From positions 3,612 to 67,611 of the forward strand of contig CAZQPS010000016.1 in NCBI GenBank assembly GCA_964595285.1: a stretch of 64,000 bases of DNA, read 5' to 3'. Source of the stretch: an uncultured Dehalococcoidia bacterium (GTDB lineage Bacteria; Chloroflexota; Dehalococcoidia; Lucifugimonadales; JADFKI01). Within the stretch, counting starts at the first letter, position 1; each line of letters starts with the position of its first letter. The notes below the pieces were generated by a model. The model ran no database searches. It was not told the DNA's origin and saw nothing but the letters and a program-made list of their open reading frames with translations. The translations under genes and the position numbers were made by a program. Shown here piece by piece: positions 20,259-29,004 of the stretch.

Positions 20259-20918
20259 TCAATAAGTTCTGATCCACACTCCAGGTGACCCGGGAGCATG
20301 ATTCATGGCGTTTTGCCACTTTGTGTTGCGAGGGTCTATGGCTCTTTGACGCAGCCACTCGTCAGTTTTGGAAATTTCAGGATCAGTAAGTTCATATACT
20401 GTGGAGTATTTAGGTTGTCCTGGGGTTAGGCTAACGCCTTTATATCGACGTCCTCGTATACATCCGGGTACCTTCATATAGTTTGGTACGTACACGGAGT
20501 TATACCACTCGTTCCATTCTGCGTCTTCCTGCGGGCTAACTTCCATACGTCCTATCTGTAAAGCAGGAGCCATCTCACTAGATGCGACATCTTCAGAAAG
20601 ATCTAAAGGGAAAATCATTTCATACGAGTTCCTGATGATGGTTATTCCAGCGAGGACGTGCTGTGAGAGTTCAGATGGGAAATTCTTGAAGTGTTGGTAT
20701 TCTTTCGTTTGTAGGGCCCCTATATTGTCCAGTTCGTATACAGCAAGATGTTTTGGCCCACTCGATACAGCTTCATAACGTCCTGCACTCAGAAATCCGG
20801 GGCACGAAAGACGTTCTTCGATGTGTTCCTCGTTATACCATCGGTTATAGTCGTCTTCCATTTCAATTGGAACGTTGGCCCATACCATCAGTAAAGCCGT
20901 GCCTTTGAGTTGTTTCAT
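20259..20918 (-). CDS. hypothetical protein with two tandem ferredoxin-like (dimeric alpha/beta-barrel, EthD/DUF4286-like) halves
   Basis: 219 aa. Internal duplication: VWANVPIEMEDDYNRWYNEEHIEERLSCPGFLSAGRYEAV...LAVYEL versus GRMEVSPQEDAEWNEWYNSVYVPNYMKVPGCIRGRRYKGV...STVYEL. Confidence 0.6.
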   Translation of the reverse strand: MKQLKGTALLMVWANVPIEMEDDYNRWYNEEHIEERLSCPGFLSAGRYEAVSSGPKHLAVYELDNIGALQTKEYQHFKNFPSELSQHVLAGITIIRNSYEMIFPLDLSEDVASSEMAPALQIGRMEVSPQEDAEWNEWYNSVYVPNYMKVPGCIRGRRYKGVSLTPGQPKYSTVYELTDPEISKTDEWLRQRAIDPRNTKWQNAMNHAPGSPGVWIRTY

Positions 20919-20979
20919 CTTACCCTCATGCGATTTTTGGTATTCTGGTTATACACGTAATGTGTTGATTTTGCGAGTG

Positions 20980-22164
20980 CTATTCAGCTGGCATTTGTGC
21001 TTTGCTTCGACTTGTAAATGCAGGCATCACGCCTTCAGAGAACCATTTTAGTTGTTCAGTAATGATTTTTTGAGGTGTCCCCACCGGTTGGGCTACATTT
21101 ATTCGGTCAAGGCCGGGATAATGTGCTTCTAATTCTTGGATTTGTTCAATTATTAATTCTGGTGGGCCAGTTAAAAATCCGCCCCCATTCACGGCTCCCT
21201 CAATTCTTGGCAGGTCCGCGTTTGGAGCTTTTTGGGGGTCAGCCATTATTTCTATTTGCTCTTCACTAAGAGCTCTGACTAATCTCAAAGGGGCAAATAT
21301 TTTTAGATTCTCTTCAAAAAGATGAGCTGCTTCTTTGATGCCTTGTTCTCTTGAGTCGGCCAAATAGACGTGAATGCCAATACTTAGATTTTCTCCCAAT
21401 TCTAGTTGACGACCAGCACGCTCGTTGGCTTCCTTGTAGGCGATCATAATATTGTCCATTGCTCCACCGTCAGCAGAGCCTCCTCCAATTATGCCTTTAA
21501 TGCCATATTTTGCCATGAAATCTAAGGCTCTTCTTGACCCACTTTGGATAGGCTGCCAACATTCAACAGGATTAACTGGTCTAGGCACCAATGTTATTTC
21601 TTCAAGGTCATATCCTCTATAGGGGATATTAGGCGGTATATTGTAGAAATTTCCTTTGTGGGAAAATGATTCACTGTCAAAAGACTTGAATATGATTTCT
21701 ACTTGTTCTTCAAAGAGGCTTCTATTCGCTTCTTGATCAAATAACGGAGCCCCGAAGGACTCTACTTCTCGGCTGTGGTACCCACGCCCAACACCGAATT
21801 TAACTCTGCCTCCTGTGAGGTAGTCCACGGTAGCAAAGTCTTCTGCCAACCGGAGAGGATGCCACATTGGTACTACATTAAAACCGCATCCAAGGTGTAT
21901 ATTTTTTGTCTTGTGTGCCAGATGTAAGGCGGCCATTACGACATTCGGGATACATTCATATCCTTCAGGTTGAAAGTGGTGTTCTGCAACCCAGAAGGTG
22001 TCGTATCCTGAACTGTCCATGGTTTGGGCGATTGCTTCCATTTTGTCAAAAGCTGTAACGAGTTGGCTGTTAGAAAAACGCCGATCGTTAACAGGCACAC
22101 CACCATATCCGACGTTTTCCAAGTCTATGTGGCCTGCAAACAAGCTATCGAACTTAGTAATCAT
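20980..22164 (-). CDS. LLM-class (luciferase-like) flavin-dependent monooxygenase
   Basis: Motifs FWVAEHHFQPEGYE, NVVPMWHPLRLAEDFA and GVGRGYHSREVESFG. The track ORF starts at TTG 22185; an ATG 7 codons in (22164) is preceded by GGAGG. Confidence 0.9.
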   Translation of the reverse strand: MITKFDSLFAGHIDLENVGYGGVPVNDRRFSNSQLVTAFDKMEAIAQTMDSSGYDTFWVAEHHFQPEGYECIPNVVMAALHLAHKTKNIHLGCGFNVVPMWHPLRLAEDFATVDYLTGGRVKFGVGRGYHSREVESFGAPLFDQEANRSLFEEQVEIIFKSFDSESFSHKGNFYNIPPNIPYRGYDLEEITLVPRPVNPVECWQPIQSGSRRALDFMAKYGIKGIIGGGSADGGAMDNIMIAYKEANERAGRQLELGENLSIGIHVYLADSREQGIKEAAHLFEENLKIFAPLRLVRALSEEQIEIMADPQKAPNADLPRIEGAVNGGGFLTGPPELIIEQIQELEAHYPGLDRINVAQPVGTPQKIITEQLKWFSEGVMPAFTSRSKAQMPAE

Positions 22165-22309
22165 GATGAAGCCTCCATATTCCAAGGTCTAGTGTGCACG
22201 GGCTTAATTGTAAAAAGGTATGCGAGGAAGTCAAGCTGCCTCTTGTGGACTTTCACGGTGACAGAGGTTAATCATCACGTCAGAAATGTAGGATGAAAAT
22301 CAAAAGATT

Positions 22310-23434
22310 TTATTCTACGATAAAGTCTTTCAGCCTGTCTTCGTCGATTTCTAATCCTAATCCCGGTCTATCGGGTAAGGTAATGGTGCCCTGGATTGGC
22401 AGGATAGGTTGTTTATATAACAGAGCAGCCGGCTCAGCTGGCCCCGTGAATTCTTCAGAAAACTCATGGGGTCTCACCGCGTTCGTAATAGTACTGTATA
22501 GGTGCAGGCTAGCCGTTGAATTGGCGCCTGCACTAGGGCTGTGGGGCATTATAATCTTGTTGTTTGCAACCGCCATTTCATAAACGCGGCTCATCGCTGA
22601 CAAGCCTCCTACATTGAGAATGTCCGGTTGTAGGATGTCAGGGTTTGCCAGATCAAGGAGATCCCTGAACCGCCAAGGGGATATTTCTTGCTCTCCAGTA
22701 GATACCGCACAATCTAGGGCGTCTACTACTTGACGCAGTCCTCTAAGGTCGTATTGTGGTAAGGGTTCTTCAAAATGCGCTACACCCAAGGATTCGAGCT
22801 TTCGTCCTTGCTCAATTGCTGTAGGGACGGAATATCCATTGTTGGCATCAAAGCTAAGGGGAACATCATCGGGCAGCCATTCTCTGCATGTTTTGAAGAT
22901 GTTAAAATCTTTTTGAGGGTTGGCGTCTTGCCGATAATCACGCCAATCCATACGCACTTTAAAGGCTCTGAAGCCTTTTTCGTATCCTTCCTGTATTTCT
23001 TCTAACATCTCGGAGGGTTCTTTTCTCCATCCGTTGCCTCTACTCCAATATAAAGGGATTTTTATACGATGAGCCCCACCGAGGAGTGAGTAGAGTGGAA
23101 GCCCCGCAAACTTAGCTGTTATGTCCCAGCAGGCTATATCTATAGCTCCAACAATTTGAGAGGGGAATCTTGTTGCTTGCTGACTTGTGCCTAAGGACAA
23201 GATTTCGGTTATTTGTTTAGGTTGCAAGGGATTCATGCCGATTATAAGTGGCTTGATCAAGTCATCTAGATAGGCGCGGAATACACCTAGATTTCTTGAT
23301 CCTTCAGCTATACCTGTAATACCTTCGTCGGTGAAAACTCGCACTAATAGCTTCCCTGAACGCCCAACAAAAGTTTGGCTATTTGGTCCGCCCGGAGACT
23401 TTAGTTCGTTGACCTTTATGTCAGTAATTTTCAT
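22310..23434 (-). CDS. enolase-superfamily enzyme (mandelate racemase/muconate lactonizing family)
   Basis: 374 aa. MKITDIKV...VFTDEGITGIAEG, KVRMDW, FDANNGY, FEEP and TGEQE, with metal ligands in the expected order. Confidence 0.9.
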   Translation of the reverse strand: MKITDIKVNELKSPGGPNSQTFVGRSGKLLVRVFTDEGITGIAEGSRNLGVFRAYLDDLIKPLIIGMNPLQPKQITEILSLGTSQQATRFPSQIVGAIDIACWDITAKFAGLPLYSLLGGAHRIKIPLYWSRGNGWRKEPSEMLEEIQEGYEKGFRAFKVRMDWRDYRQDANPQKDFNIFKTCREWLPDDVPLSFDANNGYSVPTAIEQGRKLESLGVAHFEEPLPQYDLRGLRQVVDALDCAVSTGEQEISPWRFRDLLDLANPDILQPDILNVGGLSAMSRVYEMAVANNKIIMPHSPSAGANSTASLHLYSTITNAVRPHEFSEEFTGPAEPAALLYKQPILPIQGTITLPDRPGLGLEIDEDRLKDFIVE

Positions 23435-23467
23435 TGTCTATTCCTCAGTGCATAAGTGTTTTTGGGA

Positions 23468-24331
23468 TTAGTTTAAGTATTTGTTGATCATTTCGCCAAA
23501 ATCTTTGCGCCTAGTAACTTTTGCCATCAATTCGGGAGAAGCAACATTGTTTGCAAGTTCTGATGGTGGTATTCCTTCACGAAGTGCCTTCAAGGTATCA
23601 TAAATTCCTTGTATAGCTGCTGAGAATGGAAGATGTCCTTGCAGTGCTACCCTGACTCCATTCTGGGCTAGGAACTGTCGGTCGTTGAGATCATCAGTAA
23701 TACTGCCTAGCATTAGAGGAATGTTAATTGCTTCGCTGACCGTTGTGATTTCTTCACGCCGTGTTGCTCCAGCTAGAAATAGAGCATCTACACCAGCTTC
23801 TTCATATGCTTTTGCACGTTTGACTGTTTCTTCTATCCCGCTGATGGCTAGAGCGCTTGTTCTACCTGCGATCGTTAGGGTTGTATCTTGTCTTGCGTCT
23901 ACTGCCGCTTTCATTTTGCCCACGCCTTCTTCGAGCGTGATAAGTGCTGCCCCGTTGTCTGTTCCATAATTTATTGGCAATAATGTGTCTTCGATAGTTA
24001 AACAGGAAACTCCAGCTGTTTCCAGTTCTTCTACAGTCCTCCTAACATTAAGGGCATTGCCGTATCCATGGTCTGCGTCGACCATTAGTGGCAGATTTGC
24101 AGCGCGGCAAATACGTTGAATTTGTTGGGCGAATTCTGTCTGTGTAATGAGTATTAGATCCGGATCTCCCAGAATTGTCATAGATGCTATAGAACCGGCG
24201 AACATGCCTATTTCATAGCCGAGATTTTCTGCTATTCGTACTGAAATTGGATCATGCACAGAAGCTGGAGATATGCATATTTTTTGCGATAGTAGTTCTC
24301 TGAATTTTGTTCTACGCTGAGTAAGTTCCAC
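23468..24331 (-). CDS. isocitrate lyase / PEP mutase family protein (methylisocitrate lyase / oxaloacetate decarboxylase-like)
   Basis: 287 aa. Motifs PLMVDADHGYGNALNVRRTVEELETAGVSCLTIEDT and AGRTSAL. Confidence 0.85.
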   Translation of the reverse strand: MELTQRRTKFRELLSQKICISPASVHDPISVRIAENLGYEIGMFAGSIASMTILGDPDLILITQTEFAQQIQRICRAANLPLMVDADHGYGNALNVRRTVEELETAGVSCLTIEDTLLPINYGTDNGAALITLEEGVGKMKAAVDARQDTTLTIAGRTSALAISGIEETVKRAKAYEEAGVDALFLAGATRREEITTVSEAINIPLMLGSITDDLNDRQFLAQNGVRVALQGHLPFSAAIQGIYDTLKALREGIPPSELANNVASPELMAKVTRRKDFGEMINKYLN

Positions 24332-24339
24332 AATTTCTC

Positions 24340-25098
24340 CTAAAGTATTTCTTTGGGCATGAAAAATTCGTGATGACTTTCGTCACCGTATCCGGGTACG
24401 AATGTGGGTAATAGACCTTTGGATTTTAGTGCTGCCTGAACTATAGTCTTATTGAAAAGGCTTACGTCAGGGTCTTCCAAGAAATCATTAACTGGCATCC
24501 ATAGTGCTTCATCTAGTTCCTCTTCCTGCATCGTAATTTCAGTGGTTAAAGGAGACAGTCTTGTTACAAAATAAATATCAGATTTTCCGTATCGGTACTC
24601 GTGCCAGTGTCTGAAGCAAACCAGCGCTTCAAATTCCGTTTCTACACCTGTTTCTTCAAAAACCTCTCGTACTACGGCATCAGCCAAATGCTCTCCCGCA
24701 ATAAGGGCTCCTCCGGGGAGTTTATAGGCAGGGCTCCTAGAACGCCTATGCCTTTCTGAGACTACTAGTAATTCATCGCTTTCGGAAATGACAACTCCTC
24801 CGGCGCCTATGTAGTGGGAAGCGTATGGCGGAATAAATGCACCTTCCTCTATTCTCTTTGTTAGCATGAGGTAGTCCTCTGTAGCATGATGATAATTAAA
24901 TCCAAGTTTAATGGCTTCAGATACCAGTGCAGCCTTCTCAGTCGGTAGCTCTAGCCATGCAACTTTAAAACCTTGGGCGGACCATCCTTGCAGAGAATTT
25001 CCCAAATGTTTAGAAAAGTTCATTGGGTCCGAATCTAATGATTGAGGATTAATTATGATTCCGCCGAAAGGGTTAGTTGAGTATTGAATTTGTTCCAT
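24340..25098 (-). CDS. NUDIX hydrolase with an N-terminal accessory domain
   Basis: 252 aa. Perfect Nudix box GALIAGEHLADAVVREVFEETGV. The start overlaps the 3' end of the upstream LLM gene by 26 nt. Confidence 0.88.
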   Translation of the reverse strand: MEQIQYSTNPFGGIIINPQSLDSDPMNFSKHLGNSLQGWSAQGFKVAWLELPTEKAALVSEAIKLGFNYHHATEDYLMLTKRIEEGAFIPPYASHYIGAGGVVISESDELLVVSERHRRSRSPAYKLPGGALIAGEHLADAVVREVFEETGVETEFEALVCFRHWHEYRYGKSDIYFVTRLSPLTTEITMQEEELDEALWMPVNDFLEDPDVSLFNKTIVQAALKSKGLLPTFVPGYGDESHHEFFMPKEIL

Positions 25099-26245
25099 CT
25101 GACTCTCGTTCTGTAAAGTGAGGCATTACTTTGTCAGCAAAAATTTCTAATTGAGACATAAATTCTGATTTTGGCATACCCTCTGCCCAATGCAGGATTA
25201 TATTTTCAAGCCCAGGATATTTCTGTTCTAACTCTAACAGGAATTCTACGAATTGTTCTGGAGTGCCACAGATCCATGCTTTTTGATCAATTCCATCCTC
25301 TATTCTTGGGGTGCGAGCTGGAGCGCCTGGTGTCCCCCAGGGTCGCCCTTGTTCGTCTGCATATCTTACGAATCCGAAGGGTGCGAACCATTTGTAACGT
25401 TCATCATGGTATGGCCTGAGGCTTTCCCGTGCGGTTTCTGCGTTTTCCGCTAGGTAAAACCCCAGTTCTAAGGCTAAGCCTTCCCCGAGTGTCTGGTTAC
25501 GGTTGTATTTGGCACAGGCCTCTCTATATTTATCAAAAATTTGTTCGACTAGTAATTCCCCTGTCAAGCCAACTACGCCTTTAATTCCATTTTCTGCTAT
25601 AAAATCAATAGTACTGCCGCTGACTATCGGCTGCCACATTTCAACTGGAAGATGTTTTGGCCTGGGAACCAAGGTGACTTCATCAAGTTGATATCCTCGA
25701 TAGTCTACTTCTGGGGGAATTTGATATCGTTTGCCCTTGTGTGAGAAGGACTCTTGGTTAAAAGCCTTTAGGATAATTTCCATCTGCTCTTCGAATTGTT
25801 CCCTGTTAGCAACGTTGTCTATAACTGGGGAGCCGAAGGATTCGACCTCCCTTGAGTGGTAGCCTCTTCCGATACCAAATATGATGCGGCCGTTAGTGAG
25901 AATATCTGCCATAGAGTAATCTTCAGCGAGTCTGACTGGATGCCACATCGGAACTATGTTGAAGGCGCATCCAAACTTCAGTCTTTTAGTATGAGCCGCC
26001 ATATGCGTGCTCAGAAGGATGATATTAGGAATTGTTTCATATCCCTCATGCTGAAAGTGATGCTCAGCCATCCATAATGCGTAGAAGCCACGGTTGTCCA
26101 TAAAAGATGCCACTTCAGTGGCTGTTGAGAGGCTTTGCATTAATTGGTTATTCGAGTATCTGCGCTGATTGGCTGGAGTGCCCTCAGCTCCTACATTGTC
26201 AAGATCAATGTTTCCAACGTACAAGACTGAGAAATTTTTAATCAT
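25073..26245 (-). CDS. LLM-class (luciferase-like) flavin-dependent monooxygenase, paralogue of 20980-22164
   Basis: 390 aa. Motifs LWMAEHHFQHEGYE, NIVPMWHPVRLAEDYS and GIGRGYHSREVESFG. Collinear with the other LLM gene along the N-terminal ~210 aa that I compared by eye. Confidence 0.9.
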   Translation of the reverse strand: MIKNFSVLYVGNIDLDNVGAEGTPANQRRYSNNQLMQSLSTATEVASFMDNRGFYALWMAEHHFQHEGYETIPNIILLSTHMAAHTKRLKFGCAFNIVPMWHPVRLAEDYSMADILTNGRIIFGIGRGYHSREVESFGSPVIDNVANREQFEEQMEIILKAFNQESFSHKGKRYQIPPEVDYRGYQLDEVTLVPRPKHLPVEMWQPIVSGSTIDFIAENGIKGVVGLTGELLVEQIFDKYREACAKYNRNQTLGEGLALELGFYLAENAETARESLRPYHDERYKWFAPFGFVRYADEQGRPWGTPGAPARTPRIEDGIDQKAWICGTPEQFVEFLLELEQKYPGLENIILHWAEGMPKSEFMSQLEIFADKVMPHFTERESDGTNSILN

Positions 26246-26344
26246 ATTTAATTAAGCTCTCCATACTATGTCGCCGAGGAAGATTTGGGTGTATTTCTTT
26301 CACTTGTAATATCTTGTACACCAGTGCTAACAAATAATCAATCT

Positions 26345-27154
26345 TCAGAACCTATCTAGGCTTCTCCAGCTATTCAGCTGATTATGGTAAATAGGCGACT
26401 TATTAGTAATATTAGTTGAAATGGGATCATTTTCAGGCTCAGTAAGTTGCTTGCTATTTTCTGGGCTCTCATTGAAAGTAAGGCTTTTTTGCATCGATGG
26501 AAGTAGATATGCTTTTTCAGTACTAAGTAGACTTAATGATTGTGCGTAACCATATCTAGAAAGATCCATTTTTGTCTTCCCTAGTGTCCAGGTGAGATCT
26601 CTTTCAAGAGCTGTGCCTCCTGCTATAGCCTTCAGATAGGATTCTTCTCTCTCGTTTGACATCCAGGGAGCGAATGTTAGTAGAGACTCTAGGTCGGACT
26701 TAAAAATGGGTTCAACTTGATAGTCTGAGTAAAATTCTCGTTGCGAGAAACATTCTCCTAAAACCCACACATCACGGCCTAAGTCTAAATAATCGTGATC
26801 TGTATGGGAAAGGACATAGTTTTGCCATTTTATGGATCTCGGAGTCGATCCATAAAAAAACATTTCAGAAGTTCCAAAATTGCCCAACCCCCAGGCCTCT
26901 ACTTGACGGAGGATAGGAAGGTGCTTGATTGGAATGTTTTCTATTTTTTCCCAATTAACTGGCTGGTCTTTCGCATATAAATTCTCTTGTTTACGAAAGT
27001 TTTTTTGCCATCCATAGATAGTTCTTATGTGAAAAGATTTACGAGACATGCTTTGAACACGCTGTTGGATGTCTACGGTTGAACGGCCGTTCAGGAACAT
27101 CTGTAAGACTTCGGTCCACTCACCTTTGTTGAGAGGTAACTCTGGCTTCCTCAC
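26345..27154 (-). CDS. hypothetical protein with an N-terminal HTH-like segment
   Basis: 269 aa. GTG start preceded by AGGTGA. The N-terminus EWTEVLQMFLNGRSTVDIQQRVQ resembles a small helix-turn-helix. The rest is unrecognised. Possible distant paralogue of 39793-40722. Confidence 0.6.
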   Translation of the reverse strand: MRKPELPLNKGEWTEVLQMFLNGRSTVDIQQRVQSMSRKSFHIRTIYGWQKNFRKQENLYAKDQPVNWEKIENIPIKHLPILRQVEAWGLGNFGTSEMFFYGSTPRSIKWQNYVLSHTDHDYLDLGRDVWVLGECFSQREFYSDYQVEPIFKSDLESLLTFAPWMSNEREESYLKAIAGGTALERDLTWTLGKTKMDLSRYGYAQSLSLLSTEKAYLLPSMQKSLTFNESPENSKQLTEPENDPISTNITNKSPIYHNQLNSWRSLDRF

Positions 27155-27182
27155 AATATCACCTGCAAATTGCTTTGTTAAA

Positions 27183-27230
27183 GATACATTATGTATTATA
27201 TATGATACATAGTAGAATATAAAAGATACA
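27183..27230. repeat. three GATACA direct repeats at exact 21-bp phasing (candidate operator/promoter array)
   Basis: GATACA at 27183, 27204 and 27225 in an AT-rich spacer 29-76 nt upstream of the GTG start at 27154 (minus strand). The first copy sits in the palindrome ATACAT-T-ATGTAT. Confidence 0.6.
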
Positions 27231-27261
27231 AAAAGAGTTAAAAGTACCCGCTTGGGTGGAT

Positions 27262-27723
27262 CTAATCGGATTGTAGTTCTCTAGCCTTAAGAAAATCGCG
27301 ATAACTGCTTGAATGATTGCCTTGGAGAGAAGCGACTATACTTCGGTGTCGGTAGGCGCTCCATGAAGTCGGGTCTAGGGATATGGCCTTAGAGAGATCG
27401 CGATGGGCATCCTCTAGATGGCCGAGGTCTGTGTATGCGAGGCCGCGATTTATATAAGCATGGACGTAGTCGGGATCGAGTTCGAGGGCCTGAGTGATAT
27501 CAATTATAGCCTCTTCAGGATGGCCAGTACAGAGGTGTGCCATGCCGCGGTTATTATGTGCGAAGACGTGCTGCGGTTCGATTTCGAGAACTTTTGAGAA
27601 ATCGGTCTTGGCTTCCTCGTAAAGGCTTAAATTTGAATAAAGATTGCCCCGTCTAAATATAGCATCGAGGTTAGATGGATCCTTTTTTATGAGGTCTGAA
27701 AGATTTACTATCGACTCGGGCAT
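27262..27723 (-). CDS. tetratricopeptide (TPR) repeat protein
   Basis: 153 aa. About four 34-aa repeats with the pattern ...A...F.KALELDP....A..NRG.AY...G....A... Confidence 0.85.
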   Translation of the reverse strand: MPESIVNLSDLIKKDPSNLDAIFRRGNLYSNLSLYEEAKTDFSKVLEIEPQHVFAHNNRGMAHLCTGHPEEAIIDITQALELDPDYVHAYINRGLAYTDLGHLEDAHRDLSKAISLDPTSWSAYRHRSIVASLQGNHSSSYRDFLKARELQSD

Positions 27724-27888
27724 GATTTAAAGCCTTTGTGAGAAGTAAAATGTTATACCAAGTTTATAAGATTGGCACAATCTCTAGCAATGGAACGTAG
27801 ATAGTCAGTTTGAGGTTGATATAAGAGATCGGTAAATCTATAATCCGATCTCGGTATAGGACGAATAAACGTATGTTGGGAGGCATTT

Positions 27889-28869
27889 ATGCCGAATGCA
27901 AAGCGGGTAATCATAGATTGTGATCCTGGGATTGATGACACAGCGGCGCTTTTTATGGGATTAGGTAGTTCTGAGATTCAAATTGAGGCTTTAACTACGG
28001 TATTTGGTAATTCTTCCATTGAGAATTGCACTTTAAATGCACTTCGCATATTAGAGGCTGCAGATAGAGCAGATATACCTGTATATCGTGGTGTCGGAAA
28101 ACCACTTAATTATGATGAGCCATTCTATGCGCCTCATGTTCATGGAGATGATGGAATAGGAAATATAAACGCACCACTGCCAACCACAAAAATCCAGCCC
28201 AACCATGCGGTATTGGAGATAATGGATAGAGTCATGAAGGAACCGGGGGAGCTAAGCCTGATGGTTCTTGGACGGGCAACAAATGTTGCCTTAGCGATAA
28301 TGTTGGAGCCGAGGCTTGCTGAGTCAATGAAAGAGGTGATTGTTATGGGGGGCGCCTTGCGGCAACCTGGCAATGTATCTCCGGTGGCTACAGCGAATAT
28401 TTGGGGTGATCCGGAAGCTGCTGACTTGCTATACAGATCGGGTGCTAACATAGCTCAAATAGGATTAGATGTGTGCAGTCAGTGCGAAATATCTGCTGAG
28501 CAACAGCAACAAGTCTGGGACACCGATACGAAGGCTTCGAGATTTCTTGAAGGCATGACGAAGTATATCCAACAGGCATACCGAGAATCTAATCGGTTGG
28601 AAGAATCTGGTGGAGTGAATTACTCGGATGTGCCAGCAATGGCATATGCAATTGCTCCTGAGTTATTTGAATTGAGGGATTTCCATGTACGTGTCGAGAC
28701 AAAGGGATCTCTGACTAGGGGGCAGACGGTAGCTGATTTTCGTCCACGTACAACGACGAGAAATCCGGGCCTGACTCCAGAAGAATCTAATGTTCGTGTT
28801 GCTATGGGGGTAAACGCCCACGGATTGACTAACCTCTGGACTGAAAGAGTATGCTCTTTGGGTACATAG
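27889..28869 (+). CDS. nucleoside hydrolase (inosine/uridine-preferring family)
   Basis: 326 aa. N-terminal Ca-binding fingerprint IIDCDPGIDDTAAL, plus VLGRATNVALA and ANIWGDPEAA. Confidence 0.9.
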   Translation: MPNAKRVIIDCDPGIDDTAALFMGLGSSEIQIEALTTVFGNSSIENCTLNALRILEAADRADIPVYRGVGKPLNYDEPFYAPHVHGDDGIGNINAPLPTTKIQPNHAVLEIMDRVMKEPGELSLMVLGRATNVALAIMLEPRLAESMKEVIVMGGALRQPGNVSPVATANIWGDPEAADLLYRSGANIAQIGLDVCSQCEISAEQQQQVWDTDTKASRFLEGMTKYIQQAYRESNRLEESGGVNYSDVPAMAYAIAPELFELRDFHVRVETKGSLTRGQTVADFRPRTTTRNPGLTPEESNVRVAMGVNAHGLTNLWTERVCSLGT

Positions 28870-29004
28870 ATATTTAGCGTAAATAGCTGATTGCGTAGAG
28901 ATTTTCCCAGGTAATGGTAGGCTGCGATGCATGAGGCTTGTCGCCTTGTTTTTGTGTAGAATGTTTATGGCACGAAAAATGTCTCTAAGGGAGATCAAAT
29001 AATA

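Noticed and set aside
22024-22583. ORFs 22024-22296 and 22293-22583 across the LLM/enolase junction.
   Set aside because: They are antisense to the 5' end of the LLM gene and the 3' end of the enolase-superfamily gene. Only about 125 nt here is truly intergenic.
27753-27941. 62-aa minus-strand ORF overlapping the start of the nucleoside hydrolase gene.
   Set aside because: It overlaps a well-supported gene start and its promoter region. It has no RBS and no motif.
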